From contig JAZQDS010000040.1 of assembly GCA_045546895.1 (NCBI GenBank), positions 9,396 through 73,395 on the forward strand: a stretch of DNA of 64,000 nt. Direction: 5' to 3'. This DNA comes from Eubacteriales bacterium. GTDB lineage: Bacteria; Bacillota; Clostridia; Oscillospirales; QAKW01. A program made the position numbers and the translations under genes. The notes under the pieces are model-generated. The model worked only from the letters and a program-made list of their open reading frames with translations. It did not search any database and was not told the origin of the DNA. How positions within the stretch are numbered: the stretch's first letter is position 1; every line of letters begins with the position of its first letter. Below, piece after piece: positions 7,060-17,155 of this stretch.

Positions 7060-9693
7060 ATGATGAAAGAATATCTGATGAGTGCAAAAGACGTGCTAAA
7101 TGAAAAGAAAAGCTCAGAAGCCGGACTTTTGAACACAGAGGCGCATGAGCGTCTTGCAAAGAACGGCCTCAATAAGCTTGCAGAGGGCAAAAAAACGCCG
7201 CTGTTTCTGCGTTTTTTGAAGGAATTATCCGATCCTATGATTTTGATCTTGATTGCGGCCGCGGTTGTTTCAGGAATTACGGCGGTTTATGCCAATGAAT
7301 CCTTTGCAGACGTTATTATTATTATGGCGGTTGTTTTGATCAACGCGGTTTTGGGCGTTTTTCAGGAAAGCAAGGCTGAAAAGGCAATTGAAGCATTAAA
7401 AGAAATCACCGCTGCAACATCGAAAGTATATCGTGATGGGCATTTATGCACGATTAAAAGCGAAGAACTTGTGATCGGTGATATCATTGCGCTGGAGGCG
7501 GGCGACGCAGTTCCTGCGGATGCGCGAATCATTGAAAATGCCAGCCTGAAGGTGGAAGAGGCGGCCCTTACAGGTGAATCGGTTCCGGTAGAAAAAACGG
7601 CGGAACTGATTGAATTAAATAACGAACACGATATTGCGCTGGGCGATCGGATAAATATGCTTTATATGGGCAGTACGGTTGTTTACGGACGCGGTGTTGC
7701 TGTTGTTGCCGAAACAGGCATGAATACCGAAATGGGGAAGATTGCCGATGCTTTAACGCAAGCGAAGGATGAATCAACTCCTCTGCAGCAAAAATTAAAT
7801 CAACTGAGCAAAATTTTGAGTTTCTTGGTGCTTGGTATATGCGCTGTTATTTTTCTGATTAATGTTTTGCGCAGCTACCCTGATGTAAACGGAGCTGTAC
7901 TCTTGGATACTTTTATGGTGGCGGTAAGTCTTGCGGTTGCGGCAATTCCGGAGGGGCTTGCGGCAGTAGTAACCATTGTTCTATCCATCGGTGTTACCAA
8001 TATGGCAAAGCGAAATGCGGTTATTCGCAAGCTGACAGCGGTTGAAACCCTTGGATGTACTCAAATTATTTGCTCCGATAAGACCGGCACTTTAACACAG
8101 AACAAAATGACGGTTGTTGACCGTGTAACAGATGATCGAGAGGCGCATATTCTTGCAATGGCGCTTTGCAGCGATGCCAGGCCCGATGAAAACGGGGAAG
8201 CAATCGGAGAGCCGACAGAATGTGCCTTGGTTAATGATGCTATTCAAGCGGGCTTGCTGGAGCGTGCGGCTGAATATCAGCGCATCGGCGAGGCACCCTT
8301 CGATTCGGATCGCAAGATGATGTCTACTGTTTGCAAAAATCAAGCGGGAGAAATTATTCAATTCACAAAAGGTGCGCCCGATGAGGTGTTAAATTGCTGT
8401 AAAACCATCTTGAAAGATGGAAAGGAAGTTTCCTTTACAGATGATCTTCGGCAAGAGGTGCTGGATTCCAATAAAGCCTTTGCTGATCAAGCTTTGCGCG
8501 TTTTGGCGGTGGCGCACCGCCGCTGGGAGGAGGCGCCTTCAAGCTATGAGCCCGAGAATTTGGAGCAGAATCTTTGCTTTATCGGTCTTTCAGGGATGAT
8601 CGATCCGATTCGCCCCGAGGTTAAGATTGCAATTGAAGAATGTAAATCGGCGGGGATTCGCCCAATTATGATTACAGGCGACCATAAGGATACGGCGATT
8701 GCCATTGCTCAGCAGCTTGGTATATTAGATGATGGGCAAGCGGCCATAACAGGCGCGGAGTTGAATCAGCTGGATGATGCAGCTTTGGAACAGCAAATCG
8801 AAAAATTTTCCGTTTATGCCCGTGTTCAGCCGGAGCATAAAGTGAGAATTGTTAACGCTTGGAAAAAACTTGGTAAAATTACCGCGATGACCGGCGATGG
8901 TGTCAATGATGCCCCTTCCATTAAATCGGCCGATATCGGTATTGGTATGGGGATTACCGGTACAGATGTTACCAAGAATGTTGCCGATATGGTTTTAGCA
9001 GATGATAACTTTGCAACGATTGTAAATGCTGTTGAAGAAGGGCGGCGAATTTATGATAATATTCGCAAATCCATTCAATTTTTGCTTTCTGCGAACCTCG
9101 CTGAAGTTTTGGCTATTTTCTTTGCAACAATGCTTGGCTTTACCATTTTAAAGCCGGTTCATCTTCTTTGGATTAATTTGATTACCGATACGTTTCCCGC
9201 TTTGGCTTTGGGGGCGGAAAAGAGCGAGCCTGATGTTATGAAGCGCGCGCCGCGCCGCACCGAAGAGGGCATATTTGCGGGTGGCTTGGGCTTTGATGTT
9301 GCGGTTCACGGTGTTATTATTACGATTTTGACGGTCGTTTCTTATTTTATCGGTCATTTCATGGAAGCAGGAGTATGGGAGATTGCCGATAGTGCTGATG
9401 GTATGACCATGGCATTTCTAACTCTTTCTTTGGTGGAAATTTTCCATTCGTTTAATATGCGCTCACGCAGAAAATCTCTTTTTTCGATTAAAAATCAAAA
9501 TAAACTTCTTTGGCTTTCCATGCTGTTCTCCGTTGTTATGACAACATCGGTGATTTATGTCCCGTTTCTTTCCAAAGCCTTTGGATTTGAGGTTATTTCC
9601 GCTGCGGAATATGGCATTGCTTTACTGCTTGCTTTCCTGATTTTGCCGATCATGGAGATATTAAAATTCATTCAACGTAAACTTAAAAAATAA
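7060..9693 (+). CDS. P-type ATPase, P2 (Ca2+/Mn2+-transporting, PMR1/YloB-like)
   Basis: 877 aa with DKTGTLT phosphorylation site, TGES, MITGDH, TGDGVNDAPS, the TM4 motif IPEGL and WINLITDTFPALALG. GGAGG RBS. The start could be 7060 or 7063. Confidence 0.92.
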   Translation: MMKEYLMSAKDVLNEKKSSEAGLLNTEAHERLAKNGLNKLAEGKKTPLFLRFLKELSDPMILILIAAAVVSGITAVYANESFADVIIIMAVVLINAVLGVFQESKAEKAIEALKEITAATSKVYRDGHLCTIKSEELVIGDIIALEAGDAVPADARIIENASLKVEEAALTGESVPVEKTAELIELNNEHDIALGDRINMLYMGSTVVYGRGVAVVAETGMNTEMGKIADALTQAKDESTPLQQKLNQLSKILSFLVLGICAVIFLINVLRSYPDVNGAVLLDTFMVAVSLAVAAIPEGLAAVVTIVLSIGVTNMAKRNAVIRKLTAVETLGCTQIICSDKTGTLTQNKMTVVDRVTDDREAHILAMALCSDARPDENGEAIGEPTECALVNDAIQAGLLERAAEYQRIGEAPFDSDRKMMSTVCKNQAGEIIQFTKGAPDEVLNCCKTILKDGKEVSFTDDLRQEVLDSNKAFADQALRVLAVAHRRWEEAPSSYEPENLEQNLCFIGLSGMIDPIRPEVKIAIEECKSAGIRPIMITGDHKDTAIAIAQQLGILDDGQAAITGAELNQLDDAALEQQIEKFSVYARVQPEHKVRIVNAWKKLGKITAMTGDGVNDAPSIKSADIGIGMGITGTDVTKNVADMVLADDNFATIVNAVEEGRRIYDNIRKSIQFLLSANLAEVLAIFFATMLGFTILKPVHLLWINLITDTFPALALGAEKSEPDVMKRAPRRTEEGIFAGGLGFDVAVHGVIITILTVVSYFIGHFMEAGVWEIADSADGMTMAFLTLSLVEIFHSFNMRSRRKSLFSIKNQNKLLWLSMLFSVVMTTSVIYVPFLSKAFGFEVISAAEYGIALLLAFLILPIMEILKFIQRKLKK

Positions 9694-9705
9694 AAAATAA
9701 AGAAT

Positions 9706-9738
9706 AAGAGGGTTTGACGGAAATCAAACCCTCTTTTC
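9706..9738. terminator. Bidirectional intrinsic terminator between convergent genes
   Basis: AAGAGGGTTTGA-cggaaa-TCAAACCCTCTT, flanked by an A-run upstream and a T-run downstream. Confidence 0.7.
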
Positions 9739-10373
9739 TATTGGATTTCTTTTAGTTGGCTCGGTGTTGCAATGATAAAATCGGCATTTTGAAGTTCCTT
9801 TTGATCGCCGTAGCCATATAAAACGCCCATTGCCTTAAGGCCGCATTGGTGCGCGCCGATAATATCATAGGAACGATCGCCTACCATAAGCGTTTCGTGC
9901 GGATCAAGATTGTTTTTCTCCATAACATAGCGAATAACCTCATCTTTCTCAGTTCTTGTTTCTTCCAAGGTGCTTCCGCCGATAAAGGAAAAATACAAAT
10001 CGAGATTGAAATGGGCCAAAATTTTTTTGGCATAGGGCTCCGGCTTGCTGGTGGCAAGATATAATTGATGTCCGCGCTCTTTAAGGTTCTTTAAGGAATC
10101 TTCGATATGAGGATAGACTGTATTTTCAAAAAGACCTTTATCGGAGAAGTATTCACGATAATAGGTTAACATAATTTTCGATTCATCAGCCGTAACCCCG
10201 AAATGCTTTTGAAATGAAGAGAGCAGCGGAGGACCGATGAAAACATAGAGCTCTTCGCGAGGAATCAGCGGCAGCTTGAATTTTTTCATTGCATAGAGGA
10301 TGGAGTTTGTTATCCCAAGGGCCGGATCGGTTAAGGTGCCGTCTAAATCAAATAAAATATTCTTAAATTCCAT
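9738..10373 (-). CDS. HAD-IA family hydrolase (phosphoglycolate phosphatase/PpaX-like)
   Basis: Start set at MEFKNILFDLDGTLTD (DxDGT motif I) with AAAGGAGG upstream. Motif IV is MVGDRSYDI. The ORF-track start at 10595 adds 74 low-complexity residues and is rejected. Confidence 0.85.
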   Translation of the reverse strand: MEFKNILFDLDGTLTDPALGITNSILYAMKKFKLPLIPREELYVFIGPPLLSSFQKHFGVTADESKIMLTYYREYFSDKGLFENTVYPHIEDSLKNLKERGHQLYLATSKPEPYAKKILAHFNLDLYFSFIGGSTLEETRTEKDEVIRYVMEKNNLDPHETLMVGDRSYDIIGAHQCGLKAMGVLYGYGDQKELQNADFIIATPSQLKEIQ

Positions 10374-10503
10374 ATTGAGCCTCCTTTTGCTTAATTCTAT
10401 CAGTTTTTTCTTTTGTTGGCAAGTATTAATAAATTTTATTGGAATGGAGAATAATGAAAAGAGAGTAATGTCGTTGAATGAGGAAGGATATTGGAGACTA
10501 AAG

Positions 10504-11937
10504 ATGGGATTGCAATCGAGTTTTGAAGAAAATTTAAATATGTTTCGGGATGCATTTGATCGGGACGATACCTTTAAGGTAAAACAAATTACCAATCCGA
10601 ATCATCCTGATGTTTCGATCGCAGTAATGCTGTCGGCTGCCATGGTCAGCGTTGATATTGCGGATCGCGATGTTATTATTTGCTTGGAATCGCAGCGTTA
10701 TGAACCTACGCCTCTTGGGGTTGTTGCAGGCGGGATCGGAAATTTTTCGGCCGAAATCACCAATGATTTTGAAAAGGCAGCAGATCAGATCGGAGCCGGT
10801 GATTGCGTTGTTTTGGTGGGGGACTATCCCTGCTGCATCATTGTTGATGCCAAGGGGATGCCGAAACGCGGAAATGCTGTGCCGGAAACGGAGATTTCCC
10901 TGCTTGGCCCGCAGGATGGTTTTAACGAAAATATTATGGCTAATATTGCGCTATTAAAAAAACGTATCGCAACGCCTGCGTTAAAAAGCGAATTTTTGGT
11001 TGTTGGTAAACGTTGCAAAAATAAGGCGGCAGTTTGCTATCTTGAAGGAGTTGCTCGCGCTGAGTTGGTGGCGCAGGTAAAAAAGAAGATCAATGCAATC
11101 AATATCGATTATGTTCCTGATGGAAATGTCTTGGCGGAGCTGATTGCCGATTGTCCGTATTCCTTTTTCAAAACGGTGGGAAAGACGGCACGCCCGGATG
11201 TTTTGGCCTCAAAATTAACCGAGGGGCGGATTGGCATTATTTTAGACGGATCTCCGATTGCAATTACCTTGCCCTATATCTTTGCAGAATGTTTTCAAAG
11301 TCCTGATGATTATTATCAAAGTTTTTTGTATGCAAATATTGGCCGCGTGTTGCGTTTTTTAGGGTTTTTAATTGCGGTATTTTTGCCCGGCTTTTATATT
11401 GCCATTGTGAATTTTAATCCCGGTGTTTTGCCTGCTCATTGGCTTTATACGGTTCTTGCCTCCTCTCGGGGCGTTCCTCTTCATAATGTTACCGAAATGC
11501 TGATTTTATTTTTTGCATTTGAAATTTTGCGGGAAACAGGCTCCAGAATGCCGGCGGGGCTGGGGCTTGCGTTGAATATTGTAGGTGCTGTTATTCTCGG
11601 AGATGCGGCAGTGAACAGCAATATTGTTTCCACACCGATGGTGATCATTGTTGCATTTTCCGGAGTGACCGGGCTGATGGTTCAAGAATTAAAAGGAGCC
11701 GTTTTTTATTTGCGGTTGGGAGGCATATTTAGTGGCGCAATTCTGGGATTGCCGGGCGTCACAAGCGTTGCAATTATCCTTTTGGTATCGCTGGCATCGA
11801 TGCATTCAATGGGAATCTCCTATCTTTATACGTTTGGAGAGCGAAACGGAAAGCAAGATACGCTGCTTCGGACCCCCTATTGGAAAATGAATGAGCGGCA
11901 ATGGAAATTTACTCAAAACAGGAGGCGCCAGGGATGA
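10504..11937 (+). CDS. Spore germination protein, GerA family A subunit
   Basis: Strong GerAA-like core (..ILDGSPIAITLPYIFAECFQSPDDYYQSF.., then C-terminal TM segments). The start is uncertain: ATG 10504 has GGAG 7 nt upstream, and 10444 or 10468 are alternatives. The ORF-track start 10300 is antisense to the HAD gene. Confidence 0.85.
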   Translation: MGLQSSFEENLNMFRDAFDRDDTFKVKQITNPNHPDVSIAVMLSAAMVSVDIADRDVIICLESQRYEPTPLGVVAGGIGNFSAEITNDFEKAADQIGAGDCVVLVGDYPCCIIVDAKGMPKRGNAVPETEISLLGPQDGFNENIMANIALLKKRIATPALKSEFLVVGKRCKNKAAVCYLEGVARAELVAQVKKKINAINIDYVPDGNVLAELIADCPYSFFKTVGKTARPDVLASKLTEGRIGIILDGSPIAITLPYIFAECFQSPDDYYQSFLYANIGRVLRFLGFLIAVFLPGFYIAIVNFNPGVLPAHWLYTVLASSRGVPLHNVTEMLILFFAFEILRETGSRMPAGLGLALNIVGAVILGDAAVNSNIVSTPMVIIVAFSGVTGLMVQELKGAVFYLRLGGIFSGAILGLPGVTSVAIILLVSLASMHSMGISYLYTFGERNGKQDTLLRTPYWKMNERQWKFTQNRRRQG

Positions 11938-12491
11938 GAAAGCCAATCAAAAAAGCGCTAATTGCTGTATTTATGATTTTTGCCGCCTTGGCGAGCTTTA
12001 TGATCCCGCGAAGAAATCCGAGGGCGACTGCGCAGGTTGCCGGGTTTGCATTGGATCTCCAAAAAAATGAAATCAAAGCGACATTTGAATTATATCGCCC
12101 TGAAAATGATCAGCCGATCGGCGCGAGCAGCGAAGTGATTCAATCAAATGGGAAAAGCATAGAGGAATGTATTCAGCAGGCGCTCAAAAGCTATGGAAAA
12201 GAGCTTTTTATCAATGATGCATCGGTTTTGATTCTCGGTGATGATAGACTTTTGAAGGATGTTTTGGCATATTATCGTTTGCAAAAAAATGATCATATGG
12301 ATCTCCCTGTATTTTTTGCCGAAAATCAAAATGCAGGAAAAATCTTTTCGGGAGAGGGAGGAGTTCTCTCGGATAACCTTGCAGAAAGTGCAAAAAGCTT
12401 GGGAAAAATTCAAACCATACGAGATTTGATGAACGAAAAAGGAAACAGAATTCGCATCAAAGGGGAGGGGAATTATGAAATTATTTCGTAA
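11934..12491 (+). CDS. Short Ger(x)C-like protein (N-terminal domain only, no lipobox Cys)
   Basis: 185 aa with an ATGA overlap with the A subunit. It has an N-terminal hydrophobic anchor. VAGFALDLQKNEIKATFELYRP and GKSIEECIQQAL..LFINDASVLILGDDRLLKDVLAYYRLQKNDHMDLPVFFAEN resemble the N-terminal half of GerAC-type proteins. Confidence 0.55.
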   Translation: MRKPIKKALIAVFMIFAALASFMIPRRNPRATAQVAGFALDLQKNEIKATFELYRPENDQPIGASSEVIQSNGKSIEECIQQALKSYGKELFINDASVLILGDDRLLKDVLAYYRLQKNDHMDLPVFFAENQNAGKIFSGEGGVLSDNLAESAKSLGKIQTIRDLMNEKGNRIRIKGEGNYEIIS

Positions 12492-13209
12492 TGCTTCGAT
12501 GCTGACCGCCTGCACTGCGGCCATTGGATGGTTTATGCTGAACGATCTTTCCTTTATCGGATTGCTGCCATTGATACCATTAGGGTTGGTTTATTGCTGC
12601 TTGATACGAAAGGGGTATCATTGCAAATGGCTGAATGGTATTCTTTGCTTGATCTCGTTATTTTTAACAGCAGCTACAGTCAGTCAGGGGATATTTGGCG
12701 GGAGGGGCTTCTGGTTATTAATTTTTCTTTTGATAGCACTTGGAATTTTGGGATGGGGCGCGCCAAGAAGAGAATTAATGCGGATATCGGGATGGTGGAC
12801 GATGGGATTTGTGTTGATTTTCTTTGTTATGCTGATTGCAACTTTTCTCGGTGTTCGCGAAATTAATGATGTTCCCGCCTTTGGTGATTGGAAAAAATAT
12901 CTGATTTTTTATGTGCTGGCATTTGCGGAGCCTTTGAGTCTGGGGCGAGATTATAAAACAGCGCCGCTGATTCTCGGCTTATTTCTGCTCCCCTTTGGGG
13001 CGGCAGCATATTATGCTTTAGGGAGCGGCGCATTTTCGATGGCGGAATTTCCTTATCTTTCGGTATGGTCGGGGGTTGATGTTTCGGCTTTTCATCACAC
13101 CGAGGGATTGATCCTTTCGCTCTATTTCGGAATGGGTGGATTGCGGCTCGCGCACTATGGCGCAGAATGCAAAAAAAGTGCTTGTAAAATCAGCGCCTAT
13201 ATGCTATAA
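12475..13209 (+). CDS. Polytopic membrane protein, truncated GerAB (spore permease)-like
   Basis: 244 aa with about 6-7 hydrophobic segments. The tail pattern ..LGSGAFSMAEFPYLSVWSGVDVSAFHHTEGL.. resembles the conserved YP..l.r.i.i..f.eR.E region of GerAB proteins. It overlaps the upstream gene by 17 nt and has an AGGGGAGGGG RBS. Confidence 0.5.
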   Translation: MKLFRNASMLTACTAAIGWFMLNDLSFIGLLPLIPLGLVYCCLIRKGYHCKWLNGILCLISLFLTAATVSQGIFGGRGFWLLIFLLIALGILGWGAPRRELMRISGWWTMGFVLIFFVMLIATFLGVREINDVPAFGDWKKYLIFYVLAFAEPLSLGRDYKTAPLILGLFLLPFGAAAYYALGSGAFSMAEFPYLSVWSGVDVSAFHHTEGLILSLYFGMGGLRLAHYGAECKKSACKISAYML

Positions 13210-13233
13210 TGCATAGTAAAATGAGGTGTTTTT

Positions 13234-14010
13234 ATGATTCGTGTTACGGTATGGAATGAATATTTGCATGAGAATCCGAATTTTGAGCGTTGCAAAGAAA
13301 ATGTAATTGATCTTCACCCCAACGGTTTGCACGAAACGATTGCTGAAATTGTTCGCGAGCTCGGTGAGGATCGGGTTTTGGTTCGTACCGCCTGGTTGAG
13401 ACAGCCGGAACACGGCTTGACGCAAGCACTTTTGGATGATACCGATGTTTTGATATGGTGGGGGCATCGGGCCCATGATGAAGTGTGCGATGAGATTGTG
13501 GAGCGCGTATATAATCGCGTGATGCAGGGAATGGGGCTGATCGCTCTTCATTCGGCGCATCATTCTAAGATTTTCAAAAAGTTAAATGGAACCACCTGTC
13601 ATTTGAAATGGTACGATGGTGCCTATGAGCGTATTTTCACAATCAACCCTACCCATCCGATTGCCGCGGGAATTCCTGAGCATTTTGAATTGGGAATAGA
13701 AGAATGCTACGGCGAATTTTTCGATATTGCAAAACCGGATGATGTGATTTTTACCGGTTGGTATGATATTGGCGAGATTTTTCGCAGTGGTTGCACATTT
13801 ACGCGCGGCTATGGAAAAATCTTTTATTTCCAGCCCGGTCATGAAAGCAATCATGCCTTTGAAAATCCGTATGTGCGGCGCATTATTCAAAATGCGGTGG
13901 AATGGTGCTGCAGCGAAAATCAGCGCCCTTATATGGTGGCACCGAGAATTCAAACAACGCTGGAAAGTTCTCGCTTAAATGATGAACAAGGCGAGTATCT
14001 TACGATGTAA
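13234..14010 (+). CDS. ThuA-domain protein (trehalose-utilisation-like)
   Basis: 258 aa. IRVTVWNEYLHE..., DVLIWWGHRAHDEV, LHSAHHSKIF and FYFQPGHE are typical of the ThuA family. Confidence 0.8.
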   Translation: MIRVTVWNEYLHENPNFERCKENVIDLHPNGLHETIAEIVRELGEDRVLVRTAWLRQPEHGLTQALLDDTDVLIWWGHRAHDEVCDEIVERVYNRVMQGMGLIALHSAHHSKIFKKLNGTTCHLKWYDGAYERIFTINPTHPIAAGIPEHFELGIEECYGEFFDIAKPDDVIFTGWYDIGEIFRSGCTFTRGYGKIFYFQPGHESNHAFENPYVRRIIQNAVEWCCSENQRPYMVAPRIQTTLESSRLNDEQGEYLTM

Positions 14011-14013
14011 AAA

Positions 14014-14048
14014 ACAAAGCGGCAGAATTTCTGCCGCTTTGTTTTTTT
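14014..14048 (+). terminator. Intrinsic terminator after the ThuA gene
   Basis: ACAAAGCGGCAG-aatt-CTGCCGCTTTGT followed by T7. Confidence 0.8.
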
Positions 14049-14082
14049 AACAGTTCATTTACAAGCGTTTCAAGAAAAAGAC

Positions 14083-14111
14083 TTGATTATTATTAATATA
14101 TTTAGTATAAT
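14083..14111 (+). promoter_or_regulatory. Sigma-A-like promoter upstream of lon
   Basis: TTGATT (14083-14088), 17-nt spacer, TATAAT (14106-14111). Confidence 0.55.
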
Positions 14112-14147
14112 AAATCTAAATATTTATTTAGCAAATTAGGAGAAATC

Positions 14148-16562
14148 ATGGCAGAAATCAATTTATTTGAAAATGAACATACATTACAGCAACATCCCTT
14201 GATTGCATCCAGAGGAATCGTTGTTATGCCCGATACGAATCTTTCCTTTGATGTTGTTCGGGAGTTTTCGGTTACCGCCATTGAAGCGGCAACTAAGCAT
14301 AGCGGAATTTTGTTACTTGCATCTCAAAAGGATTTTGCAGTTGAAAATCCCGATGTTCATGATCTTTGCAGCGTTGCAACGCTTGTTAAAATCAAGCAAG
14401 TAATTAAATTACCTGAGGGTGCTGTTCGGGTTGCGGTGCAAGGGATTTCCCGCGGGGACCTTCTGAGGGTTGAAAAGAAGCATGGAATGTTTATTGGCAT
14501 TGTTTATCCCATCGCCGAGATGGAGGCTCCCGCCGAAACGCCCGAGCGTGAAGCACTTTTACGCACCTTGAAGGAGAGTTTTGGTACCTATCTTACCCTT
14601 CTTCCAAAGGTAAATGATGAGCTTTCGCCCGAACTTTTTGCTGAGCGCGATCTTGGCCGCTGCGCAGATCAAATTGCAGCCCAATGCTTTTTCGCGCCCG
14701 AGCATAAGCAGGAGCTTTTGGAGCAGCTTGATCCCATTAAACGAAGCGAAAAGCTTCTGAATATCCTTACAAGAGAAATCGAAGTGCTCAAAATGGAGCA
14801 GGAAATTCATGCGCGGGTAAGAGAATCCATTGAAGCAAATCAGCGCGATTATTATCTGCATGAGCAAATGCGTGTAATTCAAGATGAGCTTGGCGAGAAT
14901 GAAAACGGCGATGATATCGGCGCTTATTATCAAAAGGTTGAAGCGCTGAATACAAGCGATGATATTAAAGAAAAGCTGCTGAAAGAGGTCGATCGCATGG
15001 CGAAAATGCCGCCGCTTTCCCATGAAGGGGCGGTAATTCGCAGTTATTTGGATCTGGTTTTGGAGGTTCCTTTCGGAATCTATACAGAAGAAAACCTTGA
15101 TATTAAAACCGCTCGAAAAATTCTGGAAGAAGATCATTACGGCCTATATGAAGTAAAGACGCGCGTTTTGGAATTCTTAGCGGTTCGCTCGCTCAATGCT
15201 GTTGGGGGGCAGATTCTTTGCTTGGTAGGCCCTCCGGGTGTTGGTAAAACTTCCATTGCTCGCAGCATTGCAACAGCAACCAATCGCAAATTGGCGCGCG
15301 TCAGCCTCGGCGGTGTTCATGATGAGGCGGAAATTCGCGGCCACCGTAAGACCTATATCGGCGCAATGCCCGGCAGAATTGCCGATGCCGTTATTAAAGC
15401 GGGCAGCAGCAATCCGTTGATTTTGCTGGATGAGGTTGACAAAATGTGTTCCGATTTGCGAGGGGATCCCGCTTCGGCATTGCTTGAGGTTTTGGATAGC
15501 GAGCAAAATTGTAATTATGTTGATCATTATATTGAAGTGCCGATGGATCTATCTCAGGCGTTCTTTATTATGACTGCCAATTCGCTTGATACCATTCCGC
15601 GCCCGCTCTTGGATCGGATGGAGGTCATTGAGCTTTCCTCTTATCTGGATGAGGAAAAATATCATATTGCCAAGCAATATCTTATTCCGAAGCAGCGGAA
15701 AATGCATGGGCTTAAGGGTACTCAGATTCGCATCAATGATGCGGCGATTCGCGCTTTGATTAATGGCTACACCCGTGAATCCGGCGTTCGCGAATTGGAG
15801 CGTTGTATCGGCAAGCTTATGCGGAAGGCGGCGCTGAAAATTGTTGAAGAAGGCAGCAAGAGTATAACGGTTGGCGCGGGTCAATTAGAGACCTTGCTTG
15901 GTCCCAAAAAATATAAAGCAGATCCTCTTTATGATGAAAAATGCCATGGAATTGTCAATGGGCTTGCTTGGACATCTGTCGGCGGTGAAATGCTTACGGT
16001 TGAGGTCTCTGTTTTGGAGGGCTCCGGAAAGCTTGAATTGACCGGCAGCCTCGGCGATGTTATGAAGGAGAGCGCGCGAACTGCCGTTTCTTATCTTCGC
16101 AGCGTTGCTGATCGGATGAATGTAAGCTACGATTTTTATAAAACCAAGGATCTTCATATCCATTTTCCGGAAGGAGCGGTGCCGAAGGACGGCCCCAGCG
16201 CGGGGATTACGATTGCTACCGCTGTTTGCTCCGCGCTTACAGGAATAGCGGCGAATAATCAAATTGCTATGACCGGAGAAATTACCCTGACAGGCAGGGT
16301 TTTGCCGATCGGCGGTTTGCGGGAAAAATCAATGGCTGCTTATAAGCATGGAATTAAGACGGTATTTATCCCTAAGGATAATGTACCTGATCTCGAAAAG
16401 GTAGAGCCGATTGTTCGGGAGAATATTCGGTTTATTGCAGTATCTCATGCGGATGAGGTTTTGCGCGAGGTGCTTGGAATCAGCGAAAAGAAGCGTAAAT
16501 CCTTTGTTTGCTCGCCGAAGGCGGCAGGCAATAAGGAGGTAGGAAAGGAAGTATGGGTTTAA
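14148..16562 (+). CDS. lon: ATP-dependent Lon protease (LonA type)
   Basis: 804 aa with an N-terminal LON domain, Walker A GPPGVGKTS, and the catalytic Ser motif PKDGPSAGIT. Confidence 0.95.
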   Translation: MAEINLFENEHTLQQHPLIASRGIVVMPDTNLSFDVVREFSVTAIEAATKHSGILLLASQKDFAVENPDVHDLCSVATLVKIKQVIKLPEGAVRVAVQGISRGDLLRVEKKHGMFIGIVYPIAEMEAPAETPEREALLRTLKESFGTYLTLLPKVNDELSPELFAERDLGRCADQIAAQCFFAPEHKQELLEQLDPIKRSEKLLNILTREIEVLKMEQEIHARVRESIEANQRDYYLHEQMRVIQDELGENENGDDIGAYYQKVEALNTSDDIKEKLLKEVDRMAKMPPLSHEGAVIRSYLDLVLEVPFGIYTEENLDIKTARKILEEDHYGLYEVKTRVLEFLAVRSLNAVGGQILCLVGPPGVGKTSIARSIATATNRKLARVSLGGVHDEAEIRGHRKTYIGAMPGRIADAVIKAGSSNPLILLDEVDKMCSDLRGDPASALLEVLDSEQNCNYVDHYIEVPMDLSQAFFIMTANSLDTIPRPLLDRMEVIELSSYLDEEKYHIAKQYLIPKQRKMHGLKGTQIRINDAAIRALINGYTRESGVRELERCIGKLMRKAALKIVEEGSKSITVGAGQLETLLGPKKYKADPLYDEKCHGIVNGLAWTSVGGEMLTVEVSVLEGSGKLELTGSLGDVMKESARTAVSYLRSVADRMNVSYDFYKTKDLHIHFPEGAVPKDGPSAGITIATAVCSALTGIAANNQIAMTGEITLTGRVLPIGGLREKSMAAYKHGIKTVFIPKDNVPDLEKVEPIVRENIRFIAVSHADEVLREVLGISEKKRKSFVCSPKAAGNKEVGKEVWV

Positions 16563-17155
16563 ATTTGAATAATGCCGCATTGCGGATCTCGGCTGTGCAT
16601 CCCCGCCAATTTCAGCAGGGTTTGCCGGAGATTATCTTCTGCGGCAGATCAAATGTTGGAAAAAGCTCCATGATTAATTGCTTGCTGGGGAGAAGGGCGC
16701 TTGCCCGAACCTCAGAAAAGCCCGGGAAGACTGCAACGATCAATTATTATGAAATCGATAAAAAACTTTTTCTTGTCGATTTGCCCGGCTATGGTTATGC
16801 GCGGGTATCGCAGGCTGAAAAGGATAAATGGGCGCGATTTATGCAGGCATATTTCAATAGCAACAGCGAAAAGCAACTTGCGATTTCTTTGGTTGATTTG
16901 CGTCATCCTCCTTCGGATGCGGATCTTGAAATGGCATCTTTTTTGGAGCAAATCGGGCTGCCCTATTGGATTGTTGCAACCAAGGCGGATAAGCTATCAA
17001 AGACCGCTGTTGCTGAAAATATGAAGCAATTAGAAGAGATCTATGCAGAATATGCTCCGGAGCGTATCATGGCTTTTTCCTCCAAGACCAAATTGGGACG
17101 TGAGGAATTGATCGCACAGATGGCATTGATTGCGGAAGGGGAGCAAGATGGATAA
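16553..17155 (+). CDS. engB: Ribosome-biogenesis GTPase EngB/YsxC
   Basis: G1 GRSNVGKSS, G3 DLPGYG, G4 TKADK. It overlaps the lon stop. The lon-ysxC adjacency matches Bacillus. Confidence 0.9.
   Translation: MGLNLNNAALRISAVHPRQFQQGLPEIIFCGRSNVGKSSMINCLLGRRALARTSEKPGKTATINYYEIDKKLFLVDLPGYGYARVSQAEKDKWARFMQAYFNSNSEKQLAISLVDLRHPPSDADLEMASFLEQIGLPYWIVATKADKLSKTAVAENMKQLEEIYAEYAPERIMAFSSKTKLGREELIAQMALIAEGEQDG

Noticed and set aside
10300-10595. N-terminal extensions of the divergent HAD (to 10595) and GerA (from 10300) ORFs, which would overlap each other
   Set aside because: Both extensions are low-complexity and antisense to each other. The HAD motif I (DLDGT) follows the Met at 10373, which has a strong RBS, and GerA-family similarity begins near 10504.
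12144-12524. 126-aa minus-strand ORF within the ger operon
   Set aside because: It is antisense to the GerxC-like gene and has no RBS or motif. The + strand genes are translationally coupled and coherent.
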